Positions 50,918 to 63,429 of a DNA stretch of 64,000 nt are shown here, piece after piece; positions within the stretch are counted from its first letter, which is position 1; every line of letters starts with the position of its first letter. The notes below the pieces were generated by a model. It ran no database searches. It worked only from the letters and a program-made list of their open reading frames with translations, and was not told the DNA's origin. The position numbers and the translations under genes are program-made. The DNA lies in contig NC_086097.1 of NCBI RefSeq assembly GCF_963921235.1, forward strand, positions 67,334,001 through 67,398,000, read 5' to 3'. The DNA comes from Mobula hypostoma. Its lineage: Eukaryota.

Positions 50918-51622
50918 ATTATCAATTGTTGGCATGGAACTGGAGGACAGGGACAGCAGCACTGTGATCTGGTTTGCACCAGGAGAGTGCCAGTGGCACT
51001 CCAGAACAAGAAAGTGCTGATTTCTCTCAAGGATCCGGGATCTGCAGTCCAAGCGATGTTCATCCTGTGGCTGTGGTGAGCCAGATGGAAACCTCTTCCT
51101 TCCACTGGCTGTGGTAGCAGAGGGCCCTGAGAAATAAATACAAGGAGTCTGAGAATTTGAAGGCCCATCTTAAGTCAAGTCAAGTACATTTGTGATCAAG
51201 GAATGTATAAATTATACAGCTTTCAGACCTGTTTGCTTCCTGGCAGCCTCAAAGTAAGAAACCTAAAAGAACCCAATTAAAACAATAAAATAAAGACCAA
51301 CCGCCAATGCACAGAGAAACGGTAAAAAAAACACAAATCATGCGAACAGTAGAAGCGAGCAACAATGTTCTGAGCCGAAGTGAGTCCTTAGGTCCGAGCC
51401 CTGGAGCACCCCAGAGTAGGCGCCAATCCTTGGTGTCAGGCCATCGTATTAGGGTATCATACGAAGGGTAAGTATTACTGCCAGTGCTTGGACTGCAGAT
51501 CCCGACTTCCTGAGTGATATCAGCACTTTCTTGTACGAGAGTGTCACTGGCACCCTCCTGATACAAGCCAGATCACAGTGCTGCTATCCCTGTCCTCCAG
51601 TTCCATGCCAACAATTGATGAT
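50918..51622. repeat. 137-bp inverted repeat pair (50918..51054 and 51486..51622)
   Basis: Direct base comparison: long exact blocks such as atcaattgttggcatggaactggaggacaggga and cgggatctgcagtccaagc. Confidence 0.95.
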
Positions 51623-52332
51623 AGTTCTTTTACTAGGTCCAGAAAAACAATCTGGAAAGCTGCCACTAAAATGAAGCATTAGTTCCTATTTTAATTTTGA
51701 ATTTATATATTTCAATTGACTTCAGTTGTTACATAGTTATGTTCTTTGTCATAATTGACTCTGCTCTCATCTTCGATTGAGTATGCAGCAAGGGTGGAGC
51801 GGATGCCACTGGAAGAGAGAATCAATGCATGTTTCTCTTGTCTTTGTATACGTCACCTTTAGGGGGTTTTTTTGAATGTGTATGACCATGGCTATATCGT
51901 GGAGGTCAGGTAGTTTTTACCATCTGTAATCAATTTAATTACCCAGCTATTTCCTCTTCCACAGCTATTTGTTACTTATGCAGAAAGAAAGTAATGTAAA
52001 GCTGAGATTGGCCTAAGGTAAGCACAGGCATGCAGATATTGTGGAGCAAGGAAATTACTCCATTATTGAGAGTGCATCCTCCAGTTTCCAAAATCAGGAG
52101 CAAATGCCTGACAGCTGCTTTCAAAATGTTAGCATTACAGACCCATTTAGAGTACAAAGTATTCAGTGAAGTAATGGAGAAAAGTTTATTTCAGACACAA
52201 GTGAATTAAGCAGAACTGTTTAATGCATTTCAGCAGAGTGAAGCATTTGATGGAAACCAGGCAATATAGTTCAAGAACCCAGCTTTTTCCTGAATCAGTT
52301 TGTTGGACCTAGTTGACCATAGTCTTTGTGTT

Positions 52333-52650
52333 ATGAGGTCATAAGGTACAGGAGCAGAATTAGGCCATTCTACCCATCAAATCTGCTCCGTCATTCTACT
52401 GCGGCCGATTTATTATTCCCACTCTCCTGCCTTCTCCTCGTAACCTTTGATGTACTTGACTAATCAAGAAGCTGTCAACTTCTGCTTCAAATATACAATA
52501 CCGAATGACTTGGCCTCCGCAACTGTCTGCAGCAATTAACTCCACAGATTTTCCACCCCGGCTAAAGAAGTTCCTCCTCATCTCTTTATTAAAGGGACAT
52601 CTTCTATTCTGAGTCTGTGTCCTCTGGACCTAGACCCTCCCATACTCTTG
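52333..52650 (-). mobile_element. CR1 3' fragment
   Basis: cataaggtacaggagcagaattaggcc tail; MRRNFFS remnant. Confidence 0.8.
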
Positions 52651-53003
52651 AAGAAGGGCAGCCCACAGGGCTCCTAAACTAGAAGAGCAGGAGAATTTGA
52701 TAAATTATTTCATTACTTGTAGTTTGCAGTTCACCAGCTTAGATTGCTATTTCCGGGACTGCTGAGGGGCAAGGATTTCCATAATCGGTTAAAAATAGTG
52801 AGGGGCAGCTGAATATAGCACTGAGTCAGTGTTACTTGGAACAGCAAGGAAATGCTTTGTTGCTCAACTTTTCAAAATAGGATCCTGTTATTCTGATTTA
52901 TTCGTATCAATCAGAACGCCTTTGGCAAGGTGCTACACAGGAACTTCTAAACAAGATAAGAGCCCATGGTTTTACAGGAAAGATACTAGCATAGATAGAA
53001 GAT

Positions 53004-54245
53004 CCATACACAAAATGATGGAGGAACACAGCAGGCCAGGCAACTTCTATGGAAAAAGTAGAACATAGTACATAGAAAACCTACAGCACAATACAGGCCC
53101 TTTGGCCCACAATGCTGTGTCAAACATGTACTTACTTTAGAAATTGCCTAAGGGTTACCCATAGCCCTCTGTTTTTTCTAAGCTCCATGTACCTATCCAA
53201 GAGGCTCTTAAAAGACCCTATTATATCTGCCTCCACCATCGTCACTGGCAGTTCATTCCACGCACTCACCACTCTCTGTGTAAAAATCTTACCCCTGACA
53301 TCTCCTCTGTACCTACTTCCAAACACCTTAAAACTGTGCCCTCTCATGTAAACCATTTCAGCCCTGGGAAAAAGCCTCTGACTATCCACACGATCAATGC
53401 CTTTCATCATCTTATACACCTCTATCGGGTTACCTCTCATCCTCTGTCACTCTAAGGAGAAAAGGCCAAGTTCACTCAACCTATTCTCATAAAGCATGCT
53501 CCCAAATCCAGGCAACATCCTTGTAAATCTCCTCTGCACCCTTTCTATAGTTTCTACATCCTTCCTGTAGTGAGGTGACCAGAACTGAGCACAGTACTCC
53601 AAACGGGGTCTGAGTGGGGTCTGACCAGGGTCCTATACAGCTGTAACATTACCTCTCAGTTCTTGAACTCATGTTTGATGAAGGCCAATGCACCGTATGC
53701 CTTCTTAAACACACAGTCAACCTGCATAGCAGCTTTGAGTGTCCTATGGACTCGGACCTCAAGATCACTCTGATCCTCCACTCTGCCAAGAATCTTATCA
53801 TTAATACTATATTCTGCCATCATATTTGACCTACCAAAATGAACCACCTCATACTTATCTTTGTTTGAACTCCATCTGCCACTTCTCAGCCCAGTTTTGC
53901 ATCCTATCAAAGTCCCACTGTAACCTCTGACAGTCCTCCACACTATCCACAACACCCCCAACCTTTGTGTCATCAGCGAATTTACTAACGCATTCCTCCA
54001 CTTCCTCATCCAGGTCATTTATAAAAATCACAAAGAGAAGGGGTCCCAGAACAGATCCCTGAGGCACACCACTGGTCACCGACCTCCATGTAGAATATGA
54101 CAGAATATAGTCGATGTTTCGGGTCGAGACCCTTCAGCAGGACCTGCTCGTTTCCATTGACGCTGTCTGGCCTGCTAAATTCCTCCAGCATTTTGTGTGT
54201 GTTGCTTGGATTTTCCAGCATCTGCAGATTTTCTCTTGTTTATGA
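53004..54245. mobile_element. Short non-autonomous, palindromic Penelope-derived element, itself split by a CR1
   Basis: Minus arm acacaaaatgatggaggaacacagcaggcc (53008..), hammerhead remnant at 54109..54143, plus arm ggcctgctaaattcctccagcattttgtgtgt. TSD-like atagatagaagat (52991..53003) and atagacagaagat (54246..54258). Confidence 0.75.
53062..54100 (-). mobile_element. 5'-truncated CR1 LINE
   Basis: [24 protein letters not shown]…FADDTK (53855..54079); catag-repeat tail. Confidence 0.9.
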
Positions 54246-54441
54246 ATAGACAGAAGATTGTCTAAATGGCAGGAGGCAGCAGGGGGCCATTTCTGGTTGT
54301 CTGCCTGTGACGAGTGGTGTTCCACAGGGGTCAGTATTGGGATTGATTCTTTGCACATTTCATGTCAAAGATTTGAATGACAAATGGATGTCTTTGTGGC
54401 AAAGTTTGCAGACAACAGAAAGACAGAGAGGCAGGTGGTAT

Positions 54442-54788
54442 TGTAATGAAAACAAAGTTACTGCAGTGACACTGAAGCTAGTGGATACAGAAGTGTTTTA
54501 TTCAAGAAAATGAGACACTCTTGGAGGAAGAGGCCTGTTCAACCCAGTATTACATGACATTTATATGCTAAAGATCAAAGGTAACAGCAGGACAATTATA
54601 TAGTTCAATGTACCTATAATGCTCTATAATGCTTCCTTCCTCAATCAACAATGTCCACAGTTCCAGAAAATTATAGTCCAGGGGTGCATTTTAAATTGAA
54701 TCTACAATTCATATTCATATCCATATCTGAAAATTGGCTGCTGTTATTACAGAACTTGCTGAACCTAATCCAGAATACGCCCTAACGA
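54442..54788 (-). mobile_element. Possible solo LTR
   Basis: A ~350-bp insert that splits CR1; the minus strand ends …CATTACA with an AATAAA upstream; 4-bp flanks gtat and gtag. Confidence 0.45.
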
Positions 54789-55211
54789 GTAGCGTTGAGG
54801 AAGCAGAGCATCTGCAGAAGGACTTAGACAGATTAGGAGAATGGGCAAAGAAGTGGCAGATGGAATACAGTGCATAGAAATGCATTGTCGTGCACTTTGG
54901 TAGAAGGAATAAAGGCATAGACTATTTTCTAAATGGGGAGGAAATTCAGAAATCAGAGGTGCAATGGGGCTTGGGAGTTCTCGTGCAGGATTCCCTAAAG
55001 GTTATCTTGCAGGTTAATTTGGTGGTAAGGAAGGCAAATGCAAAGTCAACATTCATTTCAGAGGACTAGTATATAAAAACAAGGTTGCGATAGTAAGGAT
55101 TTCTAAGGCATCGGTCAGACTGCACTTGGAATAATATGAGCAGTTTATAGTCCTTTATCTATGAAGAGATGCACTGGTATTGGAGCGGGTCCAGAGGAGG
55201 TTCACAAGTTT

Positions 55212-55520
55212 AATCAGAATCAGATTTAATATCACCGGCATATGTCGTGAAGTTTGTTAATTTTACAACAGCAGTACAATGAAATACATGATAAATAAAT
55301 ATAGAGAAAAAAACCTGAGTTACAGTAAGTATACATATCTATTAAATAGTTAAGTTAAAAAGTAGTGCAAAAGAAACCAGAAATGAAAACAGAAATGAAA
55401 GTAGTGAGGTAGTGTTGATGGGTTTAATGTCCATTTAGAAATCAGATGGCAGAGGGGAAGAAGCTGTTCTTGAATGCTGAGTGTGTGCCTTCAGGCTCCT
55501 GTACCTCCTTCCCAATGGTA
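55212..55520 (-). mobile_element. Rex1/Babar 3' end fragment
   Basis: (aatcag)n tail and cagatggcagaggggaagaagctgttc, as in the 10.6 kb copy. Confidence 0.75.
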
Positions 55521-56213
55521 ACCATTGCTAGTGGAAAGAAGTGGGATGATATTTGGAAACTTGACTTTTTGAAGCGTCATTTGGCAAGTAAATCGCATTT
55601 GGACGGTGTACAAAAGCTCAGGCAACAGAACCCATCATTACCCGTTACAAGAGTGCTACGCATGTTACAGTTGAGTGCAGATGAGTGAGAGCGAAAACGA
55701 TCGAACTCAGAGGAGATCAGAGTTGAGGTACAAGAATGGTCAGCTTTTGATTTCTCCGCAATTGCAGGTTGTGACTTCACATTTGGCGATGAACAAGTTA
55801 ATGCCTTATGTCTAAAATATCATGATTTTCTAGCTGAAAATATTGTAATAGTTAGACAGTTTAATGATTTCAAATTTTCCGTGCAAGAAAAAATTAAATC
55901 CAAACCGAATTCAAACTTTTCTCAAATGGTGGCATTTGTACTTCAAAATGAACAGTTTTGCGATCTTGCACAGTTGATGTTCATTGGGGGAATCTTTCTT
56001 GCGTCTAGTGCGGACTGTGAGCGGGGTTTTAGCCTAATGAATCAACTCAAAAACAAGCTGAGAAACCGTTTAGGTGAATGTCATTTGGATATGTTAATGA
56101 GAATCAAAAGCTATCAATGCGATGAAAGTTCTATTTGTCGAGACAGAGCTTACAAAGAATGGGTAAATGCCAAAGACAGGACAGAGAAAAAATAACTGAG
56201 TGACTTAAATATG

Positions 56214-56699
56214 ATAAAAATCAAATATCTCCAACCTGATGGCATGAACATTGACTTCTCGAACTTGCGTTAATGCCCCTCCTCCCCTTCGTACCCCATC
56301 CCTTATTTATTTATTTATTATTATCATTATTATGATTTTTTCCTTTCCCCTTTTCTCTCTTTTTTCTCCCTCTGTCCCTCTCACTATAACTACTTGCCCA
56401 TCCTCTGGGCTTCCCCCCCCTACCCTTTCTTTCTCCCTAGGCTTCCTGTCCCATGGTCCTCTCCCTTCTTCAGCCTCGTACCCCTTTTGCCAATCAACTT
56501 TCCAGCTTTTAGCTCCATCCCCTCCCCCTCCTGTCTTCTCCTATCATTTTGGATCTCCCCCTCCCCCTTCCACTTTCAAATCTCTTACTATCTCTTCTTT
56601 CAGTTAGTTCTGACGAAGGGTCTCGGCCCGAAACGTCGACTGTACCTCTTCCTATAGACGCTGCTCGGCCTGTTGTGTTCACTAGCATTTTTTGTGTGT
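56214..56699 (+). mobile_element. Penelope-like 3' fragment with 14-bp TSD, inserted in the hAT element
   Basis: ctccaacctgatggcatgaacattgacttctc matches the Penelope ORF end; GTGACTTAAATATG at 56200..56213 and 56700..56713. Confidence 0.9.
56606..56641 (+). ncRNA. Minimal type I hammerhead ribozyme motif
   Basis: agtt-CTGACGA-agggtctcggccc-GAAA-cg-TC-gact. Confidence 0.75.
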
Positions 56700-57189
56700 G
56701 TGACTTAAATATGTATGTTATTTTGTTGTTATTCTGTGCAGTTTTATGTCAAATATTTTGTAAACCTACATAAACTGTCCCATGTGTGCATTCAGTGTCA
56801 CAGGAAAAAAAATTGCACGACATAAGATTTTTGCGCACACTGACTACTAAAAATTAGAGGGAACATTGCTTACAGGTTGCTCCCAGAGTAACCCCAGCTT
56901 CACTACCACAGTTATTCCCTTTGTCTGAGCCATCATCCTCCACTCTCCCTGCTACTGATACCAACTTCTTTTCTTTTTCTCAGTTTTAATGAAGGTTCTT
57001 CTCCCTGAAACAGTAACACTGGTTCTCTTTCCACAATTAATGTAAATATGTGTGAAACCATTTCTGACATTTGTTTAACATTATATGCCTGTGTGCACTC
57101 TGAAAGCAAAATTGAATAAAAAAAGCTTTCAAACCCTTTTATAGCTTTCCATCCTACAAGTCATTGCAGTGGAATTGCACACACTGCAA

Positions 57190-57725
57190 GTATATATGTT
57201 TAAGGACTTTGAGGAGATTTGGTTTGTCACCAAAGAGAGTCACAAATTTCTACAGATGTACAGTGGAGAACATTCTAACTAGTTGCCTCACTATCTGGTA
57301 TGGAGAGGCCACTGTACAGGACTGGAAGAAGCTGCAGAAAGTTGTAAAGTTAGTCAGCTCCATCACGGGCACTAGCATTGAGGACCCCTTCAAAAGGCGA
57401 TGACTCAGATAGGCAGAATCCATCATTAATGACCTGAACATGCCCTCTTCTCATTGCTACCATCAAGGAGAAGTTACAGGAGCTTGAAGACACACACTCA
57501 ACATTTCAGGAACATCTTCTTCCCCTTTGTCATCAGATTTCTGAATGGACAATGAATCCATGAACACTTCCTCAGTACTTTTCCCTCTCTTTTTGTGTGT
57601 ATTTATTTTGTTAAATATACTTTTTATTGTAATTTATAGTTTTTATTATTATGTTTTGCAATGTACAGCTGCTGCAAAACAACAAATTTCACGACATATG
57701 CTGATGTTATGAAACCTGATTCTAA
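57190..57725 (+). mobile_element. Rex1/Babar 3' fragment
   Basis: LRTLRRFGLSPKRVTNFYRCTVENILTSCLTIWYG…KKLQKVVK; tail aaacctgattct. Confidence 0.85.
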
Positions 57726-57757
57726 CTCAAGTTCTACATTATAAGACAATGATTCTT

Positions 57758-60450
57758 GAGACTTCGGCGAAAACATGTCCCACTAAGAAAAGTGCTAATT
57801 CCGTTGAAAATGAATAACATTTTCTTATTTAAAATAATCAGGGTTGATCATCTGAGGGTCTTTTGCACACATGCAACATTTTTTGTTTTATAAATTATAT
57901 GATTATATGATAGCCCAGTACCCACAAAATCAGTTGTCCTCAGACAAGAGATTATCATTTCAATTTGATAAAAAAAAGTGTGAATAAATCATTTAAAATG
58001 CATAATATATATGCCAGATGAAAGAGTAGAGTGAAAAAATACTTTAAAACTAAAAGCAGTGAATTTTCAACAATATTCATTCTTATTTTGTGGTTGCTCA
58101 AAATGTGTCCCAAGTTTTTGTCAACACCATCAGATATTTATAAAAAAAAGCAATAAAATCAGGCAACCACATGGTCAACTATATTCCTGAGGACCCCTTT
58201 TCCACACTCCACATCTGCTAAATGCAACAAGGTCAAACAAGCTCCTGTAAGTTTGCTATTTTTTCAATAATCTTAACATATTTATTGATGTTGCTATTGT
58301 CACAACCATGATGTGTCAGCACTGTCTCTTTTGTATAGAAAAAATTATTTTAATTTATGTCATAAATTTATGCATTTTAATTAGAGGCCAGAGGCAGCTA
58401 GTAACAGAGGGAAGACAAGATGGCTGCTGTATACAACTCATGCATATCATGTAAAAAAGTGTGTTTTTGTCACTACCGTTGGACGTCAACGCCGTCAGGT
58501 TTTCTGTCTGACGGTGGTGACACATGGTTTGATGGTGTTGACAAAAACATCCAAATCATCCTTAGTGGAGGCTTGAATATAATTTATGATCACAATAAAT
58601 AGTAATATGGCTTGTAATGTTTCATTAACCTCTTTATTTATAATACACATAATTTCCCCCTTATTTCTTCCACACACAGGCCTACAATATTTCCTTACTA
58701 TATGTATCCCCAATGACTAAAACCATAAATGAATTTAGTTGCACCATTTCATAATTATTTTATAAAATTTAATTTATAAAATAATAATTAAATTCATAGT
58801 AATTTTGCACAATTTTATAGTAATTCCATTAAATTCTGACCTTCCTTTTATATATTTTAGGAAGTTATGGCTAGGCAGCAGCTATCGGTGGAGGAGCGAA
58901 GGAGAAGAAACAGAGAATACCAAAAAAAGCAGAGAGAGAAAATATATAGTGAGCCAGAGTTAAAGGAGGAATACCTGAGAAAGGAAAAGCAAAGATGGAA
59001 GAAGAGAGTAGAGGATGGGAAGATAAAAATTATCAGCGATTTGAATGAAATGGAAAAGAGGAGTAAGAGAAAGGCATGGAAGCATAGACAGCAAGAGTTG
59101 AGAGTGTAAGAGAAAGTGCCCAGAACGCCCAGAAACTCCCCCAGATAGTCCATTGGATCAGACTATACAGGAGCCAGCTTGCAGTAGGCAGTCTATAATA
59201 GGGGAAAGGGGAAGAAAGAAAACAAGAGCAAATAACTTGAGAGAGATGAAAGCTTTGAAAAAGAAACTTTGAGATAATAAAAGATAGGAACAAATTGAAA
59301 AAGCGTTGGCGACGACAGCAAACTAGAAATATGACAGATATATTTGCTGATGTCATTAATTGTGGAGATTGGCTTGCAGTCATTTATGACCAAAATTGGT
59401 GGTTAGCAAAGGCTGTCACTGTGGATGCTTATCATCAAGATGTTCAAGTGGAGTTTTTCCACCCACATGGGCCCAACACACGCTTCCATCCAAAACCAGG
59501 TGGAAAGGATATGTGCTTTGTACCAGTTGAAGATATTCTGGTCAAACTGATGGAGCCATCAACACTGGGTCGTGCAAGCAGGACGAGGGAGATCTAACAC
59601 CTGTCTGCTGAAGTCATGGACTTCATAGAGGAGGAGCATATTAATCGACTACTTCCTGATAAAGTGACTGAACGTTTTCAAAGATTTTCAAGCCCAGAAA
59701 TGGTTGGAATTTTTTTTTTAGTTCCTGGTGTGTTTTCTGATGTTTATGCTTAAACATTGCAGTTGTACCGTAGTTTTTATTTTGCTGTTTACTGTTGTAT
59801 TTACAGAAGGATAAAATGTACATGACAAATTGTTATTTGTTGTACCAAGTTGTTAAGCAAGGAAGCATTGACTTGAGTGGTGAAAAGGTTGGAACTGTTT
59901 GTTATAATTAGGCCACTGCCACCACCGTCAGGTCTCAGTCACCACCATCGGATGGAACTTACTTTGTTTTAAATTAATATGCTTACAATCTGTTCCTCCA
60001 AAACAGTTGATTTATTAAAGTAATTGTTTCTTTAAAATGTGTTTTTTTAATGTCCAAAATTGTTATTTTGTATATTTAATGCTAATGATAAAAGTTGCAT
60101 GATGTAAGAGTTTTTAAAGGAGTACACGTGAACTAGTACGTTTGTATAAAAAATGAACAAAAGTGAATATTCAACATTTAACAGCATATATGTGTACCTA
60201 TGGTGTAGACACAATGATTTAAAAGCTCTAAATCTATATAAGACTAAATAAATAGGAACAATTAGCTTTTTATTGTGTCTGTGTTGACAAAAACTAAGTA
60301 ATGACAGGAAAAACACATATTTTATGAAAAAATTACAAAATCAGGTTGCACTGAAATATTGCTTGATTGCTGAGACCTTGCTCTAAAAACATATAAGTTT
60401 AGATTTCTTAACATTTAAAATTTTTTCTTTTCAAAATTAAAACCTGTTTT
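57758..60450 (+). mobile_element. Internally deleted DNA transposon, possibly Sola-type
   Basis: Begins GAG. Charged N-terminal ORF 58867..59109 lies next to a C-terminal domain GDWLAVIYDQNWWLAK…VQVEFFHPHGP…DMCFVP (59295..59597) with no DDE core. Repeated 14-bp motif. Right terminus not located. Confidence 0.45.
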
Positions 60451-61010
60451 ATCCAAATTCTGAAGAATCAGTGAAGAGTTACAGTAATATTTACCTCCGC
60501 AGAGATGTATAATTATAGCTGTGCCTATTCAATTCTTTGAATTTCTGGCACAAGTGCTCTTTTATTACGCTCCTCAGAGAGACAGGAATGTAACACTTCA
60601 TGTATGGTCTTGGGGTGTAAGGTCTGCAGACTTGAGTCTTTCTTCCTAAATTTCTGTTGGAGTGAACAGGCATGTTTGCTCTGTGTATAGTCTTTTGTCT
60701 ATAGCTCCAGCAGATGTGGGACAATGAGTAAGATCACTGCAGAAGTGGCTCTGGCCTTGGTTTAAGTTTGGAGAAATGTCAAGAAAGTTCATTCAAAGCA
60801 GATCAGGCTCTCCTCCTGTGGTGCCTAATAACTTCAGAACTCCTGTGCACCAGCTAGAAGCAGGGTGACAAGTAAGTCTGTTGACTGTCACAACGGTTTC
60901 TAAGATAAATTAACTGTAAAAATGAGCATTAGATGAGTATTGACAGTACCCATGTGCAACCTAAGTGGCAAGAATTTGGTGTGTACAAGCAGAAAAAGTA
61001 GAGTGAAGTT

Positions 61011-61150
61011 CTGGCTACCTACCTACCTACCTACCTGTGTGAATTATCAAACCACTTAATTGTCAACACTTAATTAAAATCTGGCTACCTAGCTTCTTAC
61101 CTACCTGTGTGAATTATCAATCCATTTAATTGTCAACACTTAATTAAAAT
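61011..61150. repeat. 70-bp tandem duplication containing (ctac)n
   Basis: ctggctacct…gtgtgaattatcaa…ttaattgtcaacacttaattaaaat occurs twice. Confidence 0.9.
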
Positions 61151-61714
61151 CCTAGAAGATTTTGTATTTCACTTGTACCTTTGGCAGCTATGGATTTTAT
61201 GGTTTTCATCATGCAAACAAATAAAATTCCTTCTTTAAATTATTACCCTAAATTCATTTTTCCCAATTAGGAGCAGTAATAGAGTGTAATGTTTTGTCCT
61301 AGTACTAATTTTTAAAAGTTGTCAAAGTATCGCAGTCTTTAATCATGATCCCATAGGGGCAGTTTTCTTAAATCTTCCTTATTTGGAAAGCAACTGACTT
61401 TTAAAAAAAAATGCCTGTTGGAATTTTTCCATGCTGGTGGGACTTAGCTGCTGTAATATGGGAGGTCGGTTCAAAAGGATGCACGTAATTCACATCAATC
61501 ACAGTTATAATTATCCTAAAAATGATAGAGGGAAGGAAGTGAATCTCCCACTCCACCGAGTGCTTGATCTGGAAATTTTTGTGTAAACTGTCCACACACT
61601 AAGGGAAGTCCTTTGTGTCAGGAGATTACCGATGACAATAACAGGCAAGCCAAGCTGGAAAGGGCAGTAGATCTGAAAGTATGGAAGAAGTATCATGACT
61701 TTTCCAGATACACT

Positions 61715-62545
61715 CACATTCAGGTTTATCTATTTATCACATGTACATTGAACTACACAGTGAAATGCATTGTTTGCATTAACAATCAACACATCCTAGG
61801 GATGGGGGTAGGTGTTGCCACACATTCCAGTGCCGATATAGCACGTCCACCATGATCAGTGGAAAAACACAAGCAAAAACAGCACGACATTACAACAAAA
61901 CAGAACAACAAACAGAACGACAACGGCAAACAAACCCCTTTACCACTCACAGACACTCAGATAGGCCTCCAGCCTAGGAAAGGATGCCTCCAGTCCTTGG
62001 CCTCAGACTCTCAGACATTTGGCTTCCAACACCCAGTCCCCGGCCCAGACTTCAGACTATTTAAGACCTCCACCTTCTGGACATGCTGACCCAAGGGCCT
62101 CAACCTTTGGTCTCAGCCTCTGGACTCACTGACTTCCGTCTTTGACCTTCAGGCTTCAACCTCTGGACTCACTGATCCCTGGACTTTGACCTCCAGACTT
62201 TGCTGATCTCTGGGTATGACTCCAGGTCTCGTTGAGCCTGTAACCTCCAAGCCTTCATCTCTGGAGTCGCAAGGGCCTCAAGCCTGGGATTTGCCGACCT
62301 GGGATGGGGATTTGCTCATTGGCCTTCATGCCTCCTGCTTTGATGGACTTCTGACTCACCGAATCGGTGCGACTCACTGACTTAAGGTGTCACCAGCCTT
62401 CGTCCATGGTCTTGATGAATGACCACGGGGATTGCTGGTCTTTCTTCTCAGTGCACCTTGACTAGGACTACAATCACTGGTTCCTGCCCTGATCTCTAGC
62501 TCCCTCTCTATCCTGTGCTTAAAACCTAACTCCCCACACTGCCCC
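61715..62545 (-). mobile_element. Probable non-autonomous retroelement with internal short repeats
   Basis: Rex-like tail (tttatcacatgtacattgaactacacagtgaaatgc) and recurring cctctggactcactga / ctttgacct units. Confidence 0.4.
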
Positions 62546-62549
62546 CAAT

Positions 62550-62710
62550 TTTATTTTGATTATTTTATTTTATTTAGAGATACGGTACAGAACAGACCCC
62601 TCTAGCCTAGCAAGTCGTGTTGCCCAACGTCTCACCTATTTAGGACTAGCCTAACCACAGGACAATTTACAATGATCAATTAATCGACTAACTTATATGT
62701 CTTTGATATG
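62550..62710 (-). mobile_element. SINE 3' half (HE1/V-SINE-like)
   Basis: (tttta)n tail, gagatacggtacagaacagaccc and gacaatttacaatgatcaattaa; reverse of the 50.4 kb SINE 3' half. Confidence 0.7.
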
Positions 62711-63429
62711 ACCCTGTGAACCTGAAAGACAGCCAAGTCAGCGATAGACTTTGCAGCTCGGTGCCATCTAGAATGGAAGCTCCCCAAGCTCCCTCACCTA
62801 TGAAAGTCAGAAATCTACACCCAACATTTGTTATGGCTGGTTTTGCAAAACCGTGACTATTCAGACAGCAGATCACACATCCACATTCAATGTCAGTCAC
62901 TCAAGTTACCTCACTCTTCTTCCACAACACAAACAGCCAAGTGATGTTACTGACCGCCAGGCAGTATACACTGCCTCTACCAACCCAACTAGGCTAACCG
63001 ATAGCCAGTTAGTGACTACTCTCCAACTCCACGTTTACTAACATACCCTGACACACACATCAAGTAAGACAGACTATCTCGCTGCCAAGGTGTCACTCTA
63101 AACAGGAAAGGGCCCTCTCAGGTTCAAGGATGTACTTGATTGAAGGAGTGGTCTCTCCTCCCATCTGGCTTGGAGCAGCTACTAAGGCTGCCAAAGGCGT
63201 AGCTGTCCTGTGTGTCTTCCTCTTCTTGTTGTCCTTCGTACAACGATCAAGCTTCTTAAAAGAATCTGCATGCCCATCGGTCATTTTCTACAATGGAGCA
63301 ATTCATGCAGCAACACAATGATTGTACTATGTATGTTGTGAAAGTCTTTGTAGCCAAGGCATGGAACAGACAGATCCTCCCTTCTGTTCTGCCTGCCTTT
63401 CTGTACTAAGGTTCTGTACTAAAGTACTA

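Larger units (their letters stand above)
52935..55210 (+). mobile_element. Old CR1 fragment carrying nested insertions
   Basis: Pieces 52935..53003, 54246..54441 and 54789..55210 are collinear CR1 RT sequence ([11 protein letters not shown]…KKWQMEY). Confidence 0.8.
55520..56868 (+). mobile_element. Internally deleted hAT transposon (zinc-finger-like remnant, C-terminal dimerisation domain, right terminus)
   Basis: LKRHLASKSH and FLASSADCERGFSLMNQLKNKLRNRLGECHLDMLMRI (55881..56195); terminus ttagagggaacattg. Confidence 0.8.

Noticed and set aside
55881..56195. Domesticated ZNF862/ZBED-like host gene
   Set aside because: The catalytic region is deleted, stops are present upstream, and a transposon terminus follows at 56868.
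61011..61150. 70-bp duplication as a functional element
   Set aside because: It is a simple local tandem duplication next to a (ctac)n microsatellite with no other supporting signal.
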